The position numbers and the translations under genes were made by a program. Positions 21,131 through 30,995 of a stretch of DNA of 64,000 nt are shown in pieces; position 1 is the stretch's first letter; each line of letters starts with the position of its first letter. Under the pieces are notes generated by a model. It was not told the DNA's origin. It was given only the letters and a program-made list of their open reading frames with translations, and searched no databases. The stretch comes from a virus, in IMG/VR virus record IMGVR_UViG_3300042894_006198, positions 1 to 64,000 of that record, one strand, 5' to 3'.

Positions 21131-21481
21131 TTATACTATGTTGCCATTTAAATTAACCCAATTATTGTTGGCGTAACCTTGAAATTGGTTGGTAGTGCTG
21201 TTATATACTAAGTCGCCATTCATTGGAGTAAGGTTCGCAATTTGTGCAGTTGTAAAACTTCTTAATCTTAGAGGAGAGTTTGTTACAACAACTGCAGCAC
21301 CTGCAGTGAGGTTTATATTTGTATTGGAAGATAAAGTTGGGACACCATTACCTGTACTTGCAAAATTAGCTGCCAATACATTACCTGTAAAATTTATGTG
21401 CGGTGAACTCATATCAATGTTACCTGAGTTATCCGCAGTAAAAAATAATCCGTTACTATTTGCTGTAATTGTGCTTGCCAT
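21131..21481 (-). CDS. Small virion/fibre-associated protein, 116 aa
   Basis: C-terminal FTTAQIANL..NGDLVYNSTTNQFQGY..W module common in phage fibre proteins. Confidence 0.6.
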   Translation of the reverse strand: MASTITANSNGLFFTADNSGNIDMSSPHINFTGNVLAANFASTGNGVPTLSSNTNINLTAGAAVVVTNSPLRLRSFTTAQIANLTPMNGDLVYNSTTNQFQGYANNNWVNLNGNIV

Positions 21482-21493
21482 AATATTTCTACT

Positions 21494-21685
21494 TTAAGGT
21501 GGAGTTATTCCCCATGATGAATTACTTAATATGCTTATTGTAACATTAGCGTTTACAGTTACAGGACTACTTTGAGTTTCTAACCCCGAATTAATAGTAT
21601 AGTTACTAGTATAGGGATTAGGCAAAGTAATTTCATCTTGTACTCTAAGTCCACCTGTTATTGTTAAGCCTGCTTTTACTAACAT
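21494..21685 (-). CDS. Hypothetical 63-aa protein
   Basis: ATAAATA 5 nt upstream; first gene of the unit after the capsid terminator. Confidence 0.6.
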   Translation of the reverse strand: MLVKAGLTITGGLRVQDEITLPNPYTSNYTINSGLETQSSPVTVNANVTISILSNSSWGITPP

Positions 21686-21710
21686 GATAATATTTATCTA
21701 AGATATAATT

Positions 21711-21739
21711 AAAAAAAGGGTACTAAAAAGTACCCTTTT
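21711..21739 (-). terminator. Terminator after major capsid gene (possibly bidirectional)
   Basis: AAAAGGGTACT-AAAA-AGTACCCTTTT inverted repeat with a T7 tract on the minus strand. Confidence 0.85.
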
Positions 21740-21763
21740 AAACTTAAGATTCCAAATGTTTGA

Positions 21764-22975
21764 TTATTGGAAGCTAACGTTTTGAACTGCAATCTCACCA
21801 ACGTAGTCAGCAGCATTACCAAAAGATGATGCTGTATTTGTTAACTCGATATATCCATAGCGAGTCATAAAGCTAACTACAGGCTCGAATGTTGTTGGAT
21901 CTAGAACAACGCCACTGCTCATCAATGGAATGTATGGGCAATAGAACGCTGCTGCATCGGTCTCACTTGAACCTTTGTATCCAACTAATACTGATGTACC
22001 TGTTGGTGCATAGCTATCAACGAACACACGCATTGCGTTATTCAATGTACCAACAAGCTTTGTATTTGTTGGTGCTTCGAATGTACCTTCTGTGGTACGT
22101 GCAAATGCTGATGTTGTAGCACTTTGGAGAATTGTCAAGCTCTCGCTTGAAACAACTGCCCAATTACCTGCGCCACGGCGTGTACGCTGAGCGATCAAGT
22201 TTGCAACACGGTTGATTAATACTGCAAGAGCAGCATGCTCGTCACCGACGAATGTTGCTGTACCTGATACGGTAGCTTGGTTGTATGTAAACTCAGTTGC
22301 TGCAAGACTGCGTAATGATAAGAGAATTTCCTGATCAATTTCAGCAGTAATTTCTTGTGCAAGTGCTGCCATGATTTCAGCTTCAACATCGATACCGTGT
22401 TGTGACTGTGCATCTTGTGCAGCTTCAAATGTCCAACGTGCTTGCAACTTACGTGACTTAGCTTCAACAGCCTGACGTAAGATCTGTACGCTGATTTGAC
22501 GGCCACCACTACCTTCAAGAACGCTTGTATCAGCAGCTACGTAACGTGTTTGGTTTGTGTTAACAACACCTGCTGTTACGCTACTTGCTGATGAGTAAGC
22601 TTGTGCAATCTTGAATGGTGATAATGCTTCTTCACCTGCTACTGTGCTTGTTGCTGCAGCACTTGTATCGTTCATGTTATTAGCATAACGAACACGCAAT
22701 GTATGGATCTGACCAACAGGTCCTGTCATTGGCTGTACACCAACTAACTCGTTAGCAATAACGGTTGGCATAACACGGCGAATAACGGGAAGAATTACAC
22801 GGTTAAGTGTAGCAATGTTACCTGCTGTAGTTGTTCCTGCACTGCTTTCCTGAAGCAACTGCTTGCGGGTGTTTTCTAAGATTACACCCATTGTTGAACG
22901 GCGAGTTCCTTTGAGACCTTCTAGAAGGGCTTCTTTTGTCTCACCCCAACGGCTTTCTAATAGTACTTTAGACAT
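21764..22975 (-). CDS. gp23: Major capsid protein (T4 gp23-like), 403 aa
   Basis: LVGVQPMTGPVGQI, EAKSRKLQARWTFEAAQD, EITAEIDQEI, FYCPYIPL, FMTRYG; start moved to ATG 22975 (MSKVLLESRW) behind AGGAG. Confidence 0.97.
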   Translation of the reverse strand: MSKVLLESRWGETKEALLEGLKGTRRSTMGVILENTRKQLLQESSAGTTTAGNIATLNRVILPVIRRVMPTVIANELVGVQPMTGPVGQIHTLRVRYANNMNDTSAAATSTVAGEEALSPFKIAQAYSSASSVTAGVVNTNQTRYVAADTSVLEGSGGRQISVQILRQAVEAKSRKLQARWTFEAAQDAQSQHGIDVEAEIMAALAQEITAEIDQEILLSLRSLAATEFTYNQATVSGTATFVGDEHAALAVLINRVANLIAQRTRRGAGNWAVVSSESLTILQSATTSAFARTTEGTFEAPTNTKLVGTLNNAMRVFVDSYAPTGTSVLVGYKGSSETDAAAFYCPYIPLMSSGVVLDPTTFEPVVSFMTRYGYIELTNTASSFGNAADYVGEIAVQNVSFQ

Positions 22976-23003
22976 TTCTATTTTATCTCCTGTATATGTC
23001 AAA

Positions 23004-24107
23004 TTAAAGCCCTGCCAAACGTTTGATCGCAATCACGTTATCACGCTCTTCCTCGACTTCAACATCTTTCTTAACGGCAGATTTATCACCTGTTACTGCA
23101 ACACTTTCAGCAATCATTTGCTTTTTAGGAGCAGGTTTATCTGCACCTTGGTTTAGTACGGCAGGTAGATACTTATCATATGCAGACTTTAACTTTCCTG
23201 TCTGCACACTTTCGAGCAAGCCCTTCATTACCACGGCTTTTTCTTCATTTAATGTACCTAGCAATTCTGCCATGGTTTTTTCACGAAGATTACTTTCCTT
23301 AATAATTCGAACTTCACGCTCTTTACTTTCAACTAAAGTTTTAGCTTTCTTTACTTCAGTAATGGATTCAGCCAATTTCTTGTCTTTATCAGCTAATTGC
23401 ACTAATAATTTACGTGTTTCAGCTTTCTCATTGAGATGCGTTGCACTAAATTCTGTAGCAAATGCTTCAAATAAACGACGACCAAAGGTGTTTTCACGTG
23501 CAACCTTAATGTCTTCTTTTAATTGACTTAATTCACCCTTAAGATGTTTAGTAACACTTTCGTTTAGACGTTTAGCACTTTCAGCAATAAATTTTGCCTT
23601 AAGTGTTTCTAATTGTGTACGTGCCTCAGCTACAAGTTTTACTTTAGCCTCAACAACTGCTTTCTTGTCCTCTGAGAATTCTTTAATCTCACGTGCAAGT
23701 GCATGTACAACGAACTGTTCTAATTTTTCACGACCTTCCATCTGCGCTTGACGATCACTACGCAATTCTTTAATTTCTTCTGCTAACTTAGTTACCATGA
23801 AATCATTGAATTTGCGAGCATTCTCACGTAGCGCAACTTTAGCTTTAACACGGTCTTCATTCATTGCTTTACGCTCTTCATGAAATTCCGAAATCTCAGC
23901 CTCAAGTCCTGCTGATACCATCTTATCAAGGGCTTCCACCATTACATTTTTGTCATGCTCGTACTTACTTGCGTATTCTTCACGCAATTCAGCACGTACT
24001 TGCTCACGTGCTTCATTCAACTTTGACTCCCAAGCCTCGTTAATTGCTCGACCTGTGTCTTCGTTGATGATGCCGTTATCAAGCAATGGCTTAATAGCAT
24101 CAAACAT
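23004..24107 (-). CDS. gp22: Prohead core scaffolding protein (gp22-like)
   Basis: Glu/Lys-rich coiled coil between protease and capsid genes. Confidence 0.8.
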   Translation of the reverse strand: MFDAIKPLLDNGIINEDTGRAINEAWESKLNEAREQVRAELREEYASKYEHDKNVMVEALDKMVSAGLEAEISEFHEERKAMNEDRVKAKVALRENARKFNDFMVTKLAEEIKELRSDRQAQMEGREKLEQFVVHALAREIKEFSEDKKAVVEAKVKLVAEARTQLETLKAKFIAESAKRLNESVTKHLKGELSQLKEDIKVARENTFGRRLFEAFATEFSATHLNEKAETRKLLVQLADKDKKLAESITEVKKAKTLVESKEREVRIIKESNLREKTMAELLGTLNEEKAVVMKGLLESVQTGKLKSAYDKYLPAVLNQGADKPAPKKQMIAESVAVTGDKSAVKKDVEVEEERDNVIAIKRLAGL

Positions 24108-24173
24108 TTGTATGTTCCCCTATAGTGGTTAGTCCGTATAACCCCGAACTGACGGGTATTAGTAAAGTTGAAA

Positions 24174-24818
24174 TCATTTTAATTTCAACTCCTTAATTAA
24201 GTTAACAACAGATTCTTTTAGATATTTTTGAACTTGTGAATCCTTATCTAATTTACTATTCTTTAAGTTTTCTAGCACACGATGACCACCTTTCATGTTC
24301 ATCAGACCTTCATAGATAGCTTTAGGATAAGCATTTGGTGCACTTGGTTGTGCTACAATGTCAACCGTTACAATTTCAAAATCGCTTACACGACCATTCA
24401 TATCATTGACATTGCCACTACCACGACTAGAAACACCTAACTTTACGCCACTCTCTAACATGGTTGAAACTAAATTTCCCATTGGTGTAGGTAATATTTT
24501 TAACTTACCATAACCATTAGGACCATCCATCCACATGTTAACAATCATATGGGATACACGATCTAAGTTAATCTTTAAATCATCAGGATGATCGACTTCA
24601 CCTAGTACGCTATATCCCTCTGTGATTTGAGCATTAAGTGTTTCCACCGCACGTTCAATTTCATCAACAGGATAAACACGCTCATTTGCATTTTTTACAC
24701 CACCTTGTATGAAAATACCTTTCATATAAAGTGCTTTGGTTTTTTCATCACCTTCTTTGACAGATTCAAGAATTAATCCTGCTCTGTCAAATGTAAGGTG
24801 TTCACGCAAATATGCCAT
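24174..24818 (-). CDS. gp21: Prohead protease (gp21-like)
   Basis: GIFIQGGVKNANERVY, LGEVDHP, VSHMI, LGVSSRGSG, TVDIVAQPSAPNAY. Confidence 0.95.
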   Translation of the reverse strand: MAYLREHLTFDRAGLILESVKEGDEKTKALYMKGIFIQGGVKNANERVYPVDEIERAVETLNAQITEGYSVLGEVDHPDDLKINLDRVSHMIVNMWMDGPNGYGKLKILPTPMGNLVSTMLESGVKLGVSSRGSGNVNDMNGRVSDFEIVTVDIVAQPSAPNAYPKAIYEGLMNMKGGHRVLENLKNSKLDKDSQVQKYLKESVVNLIKELKLK

Positions 24819-24832
24819 TATCTAAATTATCC

Positions 24833-25675
24833 TTATCGTACAATCTTCTTAACAGATTTTTTACTTTCTGCTACAGGACTGTGCTTATCTGATGCTGCAT
24901 CTTTTGTTACAGGTTTTGGTGTTGACTCACCTTTTTCATTGAAGGTGCTGCCTGGGGCATTTTTTGCACCACTCATCAAATCACCACCCTGCTTTAAATA
25001 ACCTGTGTTTGCTTTAGGACTTGTTGGTACACTCTCAGGATTACCTGAAAAATTTACAGGATTTGCACCTGTTTGTACAACTTTAGGCTTTGTCAATGCA
25101 GGACTCTTTCTGTTAGCACCATGGTCACCACCTTTTGCAAATTTGTCATATGTCTGACCACCAACTTGCTTAAGGTCTACAGCTTCAGCAACCATGCTTT
25201 CACCTTCTTCCTCTTCTTCTTCGCCTTCTTCTTCCTCTTCCTCGCCCATGTCACCCATCATTGCTTCAAATTCAGCCATGAGTTCATCAAGCTTATCTTC
25301 TAAATCTTGGATGTCGCCTTTAGTTGCAGGTGCTTCATCATCACCACCCATATCATCATCCATATCCATGTCAGCAGCATCTGCGTCCATATCAGCAACA
25401 TCAGCATCCATATCAGCAGCATCAGTATCGAAATCCATATCCTCGATTTCATCTTCTTCTTCATCTGCTTCCATCATGCCATGCATACCTGCTTCTTCAT
25501 TTTCAATCTCATCTAAGAGATCAGTTGACATGTCTTCGTTAACTTCTTCGTCCATAAGACTTTCGTAAATTTCACGTGACTTCTCAACTACAATCTCGTG
25601 AAACAATTGTTCTGCACGCTCTTGATCCTCATTGATAATAAGATCAATTAGCTTTTCAAATTTTGCTGTAGACAT
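24833..25675 (-). CDS. Highly acidic prohead core protein (gp67/68 position)
   Basis: Long Asp/Glu tracts, DADAADM repeats, location between portal and protease, AAGGAG RBS. Confidence 0.65.
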   Translation of the reverse strand: MSTAKFEKLIDLIINEDQERAEQLFHEIVVEKSREIYESLMDEEVNEDMSTDLLDEIENEEAGMHGMMEADEEEDEIEDMDFDTDAADMDADVADMDADAADMDMDDDMGGDDEAPATKGDIQDLEDKLDELMAEFEAMMGDMGEEEEEEGEEEEEEGESMVAEAVDLKQVGGQTYDKFAKGGDHGANRKSPALTKPKVVQTGANPVNFSGNPESVPTSPKANTGYLKQGGDLMSGAKNAPGSTFNEKGESTPKPVTKDAASDKHSPVAESKKSVKKIVR

Positions 25676-25731
25676 TTAATATATTCTCCTTAGGTAAATG
25701 GCTTGTGCTAGATTTATTTACCTCATATCCT

Positions 25732-25761
25732 AAAAAACATAGCTAAATGTGCTATTTTTTT
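25732..25761. terminator. Probable terminator of the portal unit
   Basis: ATAGC-TAAATGT-GCTAT stem flanked by A6 and T6 tracts. Confidence 0.55.
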
Positions 25762-25826
25762 ACGTTTTTTATGAAAATATACAAATTGTAATAGAAATTA
25801 ATACGATTGTATTAATTATAATAATT

Positions 25827-26051
25827 TTATAAACCACCCTCAGGAGCAGGAGGTGAGTATTGTTTTCTTATTTTTTTCAAACTTTCAGCACGTTCATACG
25901 TTCTAACTTCTTTAAAACGTCTAATTTTATTGATGGCAGCAAACGTTAAACCTTTAGTTTTACGTGACTCACCCCAACGTGGTTGACTATGATCATCTTC
26001 CACATCTTGCATGCCCTTTGGCGCAGCGTTATAAAATTCCATTAAGTACAT
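25827..26051 (-). CDS. Small head-cluster protein, 74 aa (start revised to MYLMEFY)
   Basis: ATAAATA at 26063-26057 lies 5 nt upstream of ATG 26051; the longer track start overlaps the portal gene. Confidence 0.65.
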   Translation of the reverse strand: MYLMEFYNAAPKGMQDVEDDHSQPRWGESRKTKGLTFAAINKIRRFKEVRTYERAESLKKIRKQYSPPAPEGGL

Positions 26052-26064
26052 AACTTTATTTATC

Positions 26065-27816
26065 TCATACTGTTGGAGGAATATTAGCCCCCGCTTCAGG
26101 AGCTGCCACAGGTGCTGTAACTTCAGCAGGTGGTGCACCTTCAGGTGCTTCTTCTTCACCCTCTAAGTTATCTGCAGTTTCCAAATCTTGTTCAATATCA
26201 CTTGTCGATATGCCAACGCTACGTAAATCACTACCTTTTGCAGGCATTTCTTCAGGATCTGAACGTTCTTCATGCCATAACTCTTGGTTTTTCTTGATTT
26301 CTTCTTGCGATAAACCAAGAAAACGTTCTAAACAAAAACGTGTACTCATATATGGCAAAGCTGCCATAGTATTAAATGTATTCACTCGTGCTGTATCTAA
26401 CTCAGCTTGACGATAACTAGCAAAATTTTGTGGCTCATTCATTCTTAAATCAAACAAACCACCATCTATGTTGAAACCACGCCAACGTAAAAATAACTTA
26501 AATTCTTCATTTAACTTACGTGCTACATAGCCTTGCAAACGTTCGCAATACTTATTAAAACGAAACTCTTGAATCATAGCTGTACCAACACGACCATCAT
26601 TTAATGGCGTAGTTTGATCATCAGGACCCGTAGGCAAATATGAACTTGGAATACGTAAACCACGTGCTAAACGATTATTAAAATACTTTAAGTCATCAAT
26701 TTCACCAAGGTTTTGTCCGCCTGGGAGTACTTCGACGCTACTACCACGACCTTCAGCAGTAGTTGGGAAGAAGTAATCCTCATTAATTGACAATGGGTTA
26801 TACGTAGCATCAAGCACATTACTACCACCATGTACGCTAGGTATTCTACGTTGATGTATCTCATCTTTGATACGATTAACAAATTGCATAGCCATATGAG
26901 ATGGCATATTACCTACATCAATTTTAAAAACTCTACGTTCAGGTGCACGTTGAACACGATAAATCAATATCGCATCTTCTAATAACTCTTTTTGCTTATA
27001 TACTTTAAATATATTTTCTAGTATACTTTGTCCAAAAGGCCAATAACGATCTAAACCTTCAGTCAATGACAAATGCACAATGTGCTTAGCATCAATTGCA
27101 CTTTCATTAATACCTAAACTAAAACGTGTTCCCGTTGTCCCATAAGGCTCATTGGGTACAGTATAAGAATATGGAGCACTATATCCTGCTGTGGGAGGTT
27201 GTGCTTGAAAATCAGTGGTTGTTTTTTCAGCAATAGTTAAATTTTGTAAGTTTGGGTTGATATCTTTGATAACATATTGCTCAGGTTTTTTACCCTCAGT
27301 TTCATTAACAATGACTTTAACAACTTTAGTCATGTCAATCCAATATAACTTAAAGTTCTCAGGATCACGCACAAAAACTTGATCTCCATACTTCACTGTA
27401 TTTCGAAATATTTTAAATGCACGTGTATCAAATTCGTTTAATTTACACCATTGTTGTAACTGCTTTTTTAACAAATCTACTTCAACATCAGTGGGATCAT
27501 CGTTAAAAATAATCTCAAAAGGTGTGCCATTTTGCTGATTACTTTGCGTACTAAACTCACTAAGAATATCTAAACAAGCATTAATTTCAGGATCAACGTC
27601 CATCATTTCATATTGATTATAACGTTCTATACGGTTTGGGTGCCCTGTATATACTTCAGGTAATCGACTTTGATAATTGCGAAAAGCAAAATCATTGTTC
27701 CAAGCACCCGTAGGTTCTTGTCCTGCACCTGCATTCCATGCACCTGCGTTACTGTTACCCCCGCTTATTGGTGATAGTGAACCGTGAAAGTTAGAGAATT
27801 TCTTTTTTAATGGCAT
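26065..27816 (-). CDS. gp20: Portal protein (gp20-like)
   Basis: LLEDAILIYRVQRAPERRVFKIDVGNMP, EDYFFP, LPGGQNLGEIDDLKYF, LRIPSSYL. Confidence 0.96.
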   Translation of the reverse strand: MPLKKKFSNFHGSLSPISGGNSNAGAWNAGAGQEPTGAWNNDFAFRNYQSRLPEVYTGHPNRIERYNQYEMMDVDPEINACLDILSEFSTQSNQQNGTPFEIIFNDDPTDVEVDLLKKQLQQWCKLNEFDTRAFKIFRNTVKYGDQVFVRDPENFKLYWIDMTKVVKVIVNETEGKKPEQYVIKDINPNLQNLTIAEKTTTDFQAQPPTAGYSAPYSYTVPNEPYGTTGTRFSLGINESAIDAKHIVHLSLTEGLDRYWPFGQSILENIFKVYKQKELLEDAILIYRVQRAPERRVFKIDVGNMPSHMAMQFVNRIKDEIHQRRIPSVHGGSNVLDATYNPLSINEDYFFPTTAEGRGSSVEVLPGGQNLGEIDDLKYFNNRLARGLRIPSSYLPTGPDDQTTPLNDGRVGTAMIQEFRFNKYCERLQGYVARKLNEEFKLFLRWRGFNIDGGLFDLRMNEPQNFASYRQAELDTARVNTFNTMAALPYMSTRFCLERFLGLSQEEIKKNQELWHEERSDPEEMPAKGSDLRSVGISTSDIEQDLETADNLEGEEEAPEGAPPAEVTAPVAAPEAGANIPPTV

Positions 27817-27820
27817 TTTG

Positions 27821-27828
27821 TATTTATA
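27821..27828 (-). promoter_or_regulatory. T4-type late promoter TATAAATA
   Basis: Exact consensus 4 nt upstream of portal ATG; (A/C/G)TAAATA variants precede genes at 5519, 11221, 18131, 18170, 19471, 21691, 25715, 26057, 37387, 46351, 46808, 50796. Confidence 0.85.
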
Positions 27829-27830
27829 AT

Positions 27831-30800
27831 TTAGTTCTGCATATACAATAATTGGTCACTTACCATGCTATTATTTTCAGCTAATTTGTCCGTCATGCTC
27901 TCAAAACCTTTGGTTAACATGGCTGTTTGACGTTCTATAGCATCAACTAATGACTTAATAGGTATTAACTCTGCTAATTTATTCAATGGAATGACTGCTT
28001 CATCTTGTCCACCGTCACGTAAACGTGTGGTTAAAGGCTCAGTGACTACGCCACCATCGAACATTTTGCCTGGCTCGGTGCCTAAGCCTTGATTAATAGT
28101 AGCTAATTTTTGCCCATAACGTGGGTCAGTGGCATAACCTGTTAAACTTTGAGCTAAAATAGCATCATCAATAGTCTTAGCTTGTAATACTTCCTTATAT
28201 CGTTGATTTTCTTTTAAGAATTTAATATAATCAGCAGCACTTTCTTCCATACTGCTATACTTTTTAAAGGCAGCTTGCTGTTTAACCATTACACCTTTAG
28301 CAACATCAAATTCTTCAGTTTCTGCCATTACACTAGGCTGACCTTTACCTGCCTTTATACCAAAGAAATTTTGACCACCTGAAGTGGATTTACCATACCC
28401 TGTTTCTAAAGCTGATTGCGCTACGCCTAACCTAGCAATAACCTCAGGATTTGCAACACCTTGTTTCTTAGCTTGCTCAAGCAAGGTGTTATACATTTTA
28501 TCAACAAATTCTTTACGATCTTGTGTTGTTGCAACAGGTGTCGCAGTTTCTGTTTTCTTTTCTAGCTGTTTTTTTCTTTCTTCAGTTTTTTTGATATTTT
28601 CTTCTGCTTCTTTTACTTCTTGTTCTGCTAGTTCTCTTAATCGAGTAAGATGCTTTAATCGATTTTCATTTTCTACTTTAGCAAAACCTGTTGATTTTTT
28701 AAGTTCTAACTGTAATTCAACTTGATCTTTTGAAAAAGAATCAATTTTCATATTGTTCACAATAATTGAATCTTTATAAAATTTGATTTTATCATCAAGT
28801 TGGTTTACTTCACGTGTATCTTTTTTACGTTGCTCTGATGCGTCAAAAGCAGCTTTTGATTGATCACGTGAAGCATTCATTAGTTCTTGTTCAGCTTTTA
28901 TACGATCATCCGTTAACTTTTGTAACTCAACTTTTTTAGCTTCAACTCCTGCAATGTCACCTGCCCGATATAATGCAGCTAATTGTTTTTTAGCTTGGTC
29001 TTCAGCAATTGACGCAGCAGTTGCTTTTTCAGTAGCTATATCAGTAATTTTTTTCTTTTCTTCTACTTTAGCTTCTGCTTTTTTAGTTGCTTCAGTTTTT
29101 TCTACCTTCGTAGGATCTTTTATACCTAATAGTTGTCTAACGTATTTTCCAAAGTCTGAAACATTTGCCCCAAAACCTTTAGCAGCATTATTGAATAAAT
29201 CGGTTGCACTTTTAATACCACCTCCTGCTTCTTCTTTGGCTATAGCTTCTTTTCTCTGTTGATTTATTAAATCAGTCACTGCTTTAGTAGCAGGATCACT
29301 AACTTTACGCATTTCATCGATAATTTGTGGTAAAGTTTTGTCAGGAAATTGTTTTTGTAAATCAGCAATCTTATCTAATTTTGGTATAAAATCAAAGAAT
29401 TTTGCATAGTCAACTGCTGCTATTTCCTTACCAATATCACCTGATACTTTTACTGCGCTTGATAATTGTGTTAATGTTTGTTTAGTTTCTCTACCAAACA
29501 ACTGCAAATTATCCGTAACACTGCCAACACCTTGCATCATATTCTGTAAAAATTGTGGTGCAGTTTGTAATAATTTAGCATCTTCAGCCCTTGTTACACC
29601 ACCCGCAGCAAGTGTTCTAGCTAATGAAGCACCCGCATCCTTCATACCTTCAGCACTCAATAACGTAGCAACTTGTATGCCATCTTGTAATACTTTTAAA
29701 CGATCTTTATCTGCAGCATCACCTTTTGCAGTTTCCTCTATTAACGCAGCACGTAATTCTTCAATAGCCATAATTTGTTCACGGGCTTGTTCTTGTTCTT
29801 GACGTGTTGTACCTGTTAGAGCAGCTAATTGATCTAATTCTGATATATATTTTCCTGCAGCTTGTGATAACTTTTTAATATCTTTTTCTTGTTGCATGCC
29901 TAATCTTGCTTGCAAACTTAAGAACTTTAATGTTCCTTTCATTTGTTCTTCACGATCAAGCCCCATATATTGTAATTCTTTACCCAACTGACTTTCATAT
30001 AAGTCAGCAGAAGTTTCAATAAATTTTTCTAAACCTTTAATAGTTGTAGGACCAATTTGGGCTAATTCTTTACCTGCGCCTTTGATAATTCCTGCAAATT
30101 GTCCTGCTTCAGACATAGCAAATGAAAGTTTTTTCATTTGCTCACGTAAGGTTGTCATGCCACCCGCACTAGTTAACGCAGAATTACTTAAATCTTTGAA
30201 AGTATCAAAAAGCTTATCTTTCAATTGTGCAAGCATAGTTGCAATTTCTAATTGTGCATCACGTGCTTTAGCCTCATATTGAGCAAATAACCCTAACCCA
30301 ACTGCTGCTGCACCTGCAATACGACCAATCATACCAAGCGGACCCATCACCACCATGAGACCGCCAATAGTCATACTCAGATTACCAAAATCTCTTATAA
30401 CTTGGTTGACTGCTTTACCAACTGTTTCTTGTTGCTTTGCCTCTAGTGCTAAGCCACGTTCACCTGAAATTAAAGCTTTAGTATATGCAATTTGTGCATC
30501 AATCATTGCATCAAAGACACGTTTTGCACCCATTGCAGCAGTTGTCAATATGTCTAAACCAACTGATGATGCAGATAAACGGTTATTTTGCTCACGATGC
30601 GCTTTAGCTGCAGCAGCATCAATATCTGCCATAGCTTGTTGATTAGCTTGATACGCCCTATATTGATTGTCTAGTTGTTGATTTAAACGATTAAACGTTG
30701 ATTGTGTACTATTAACAGCATTACTTTGATTTTTTACTGCCTTACTCGATTCTTCAATTGCATCTAAATTTCTTCGCTGAGCACGTTCTTGTGCATTATT

Positions 30801-30926
30801 ACTAGCCCTATTTACTCGATTAGTAGCAACACCAATAGCAGTGTTTACATTATTAATAGAGTTTGCTAACTCAGTGAACTTCTCATTGAGTTTATACATC
30901 AATTCAGGATCAAGTTGGTCTGCCAT
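27831..30926 (-). CDS. Tape-measure-like protein with C-terminal GH73 (glucosaminidase/FlgJ-like) peptidoglycan hydrolase
   Basis: Long helical Ala/Gln/Lys-rich body with a hydrophobic stretch; AQSALETGYG..NFFGIKA..YATDPRY motifs at about 28090-28520. Confidence 0.75.
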   Translation of the reverse strand: MADQLDPELMYKLNEKFTELANSINNVNTAIGVATNRVNRASNNAQERAQRRNLDAIEESSKAVKNQSNAVNSTQSTFNRLNQQLDNQYRAYQANQQAMADIDAAAAKAHREQNNRLSASSVGLDILTTAAMGAKRVFDAMIDAQIAYTKALISGERGLALEAKQQETVGKAVNQVIRDFGNLSMTIGGLMVVMGPLGMIGRIAGAAAVGLGLFAQYEAKARDAQLEIATMLAQLKDKLFDTFKDLSNSALTSAGGMTTLREQMKKLSFAMSEAGQFAGIIKGAGKELAQIGPTTIKGLEKFIETSADLYESQLGKELQYMGLDREEQMKGTLKFLSLQARLGMQQEKDIKKLSQAAGKYISELDQLAALTGTTRQEQEQAREQIMAIEELRAALIEETAKGDAADKDRLKVLQDGIQVATLLSAEGMKDAGASLARTLAAGGVTRAEDAKLLQTAPQFLQNMMQGVGSVTDNLQLFGRETKQTLTQLSSAVKVSGDIGKEIAAVDYAKFFDFIPKLDKIADLQKQFPDKTLPQIIDEMRKVSDPATKAVTDLINQQRKEAIAKEEAGGGIKSATDLFNNAAKGFGANVSDFGKYVRQLLGIKDPTKVEKTEATKKAEAKVEEKKKITDIATEKATAASIAEDQAKKQLAALYRAGDIAGVEAKKVELQKLTDDRIKAEQELMNASRDQSKAAFDASEQRKKDTREVNQLDDKIKFYKDSIIVNNMKIDSFSKDQVELQLELKKSTGFAKVENENRLKHLTRLRELAEQEVKEAEENIKKTEERKKQLEKKTETATPVATTQDRKEFVDKMYNTLLEQAKKQGVANPEVIARLGVAQSALETGYGKSTSGGQNFFGIKAGKGQPSVMAETEEFDVAKGVMVKQQAAFKKYSSMEESAADYIKFLKENQRYKEVLQAKTIDDAILAQSLTGYATDPRYGQKLATINQGLGTEPGKMFDGGVVTEPLTTRLRDGGQDEAVIPLNKLAELIPIKSLVDAIERQTAMLTKGFESMTDKLAENNSMVSDQLLYMQN

Positions 30927-30951
30927 TTTTTATATGCCAAAATTATAGGAT

Positions 30952-30963
30952 TAAATATATTTA
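30952..30963. promoter_or_regulatory. Palindromic bidirectional late promoter TAAATATATTTA
   Basis: TAAATA on both strands in a perfect 12-bp palindrome between divergent genes 30926(-) and 30996(+). Confidence 0.65.
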
Positions 30964-30995
30964 TCTAATATTATATACGGAGATTTAACTTCACT

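Noticed and set aside
22976-23032. Track's longer N-terminus for the capsid protein
   Set aside because: Overlaps the scaffold gene; AGGAG sits before ATG 22975
25073-25568. Ser-rich and His/Gln-rich + strand ORFs
   Set aside because: Antisense of Asp/Glu tracts in the acidic core gene
25796-25817. Perfect 9-bp inverted repeat AATTAATAC-GATT-GTATTAATT
   Set aside because: Almost all A/T in an AT-rich spacer with no second copy seen; too weak to call an operator
26052-26159. Track's longer start for the 110-aa ORF
   Set aside because: Overlaps the portal 3' end; late promoter supports ATG 26051
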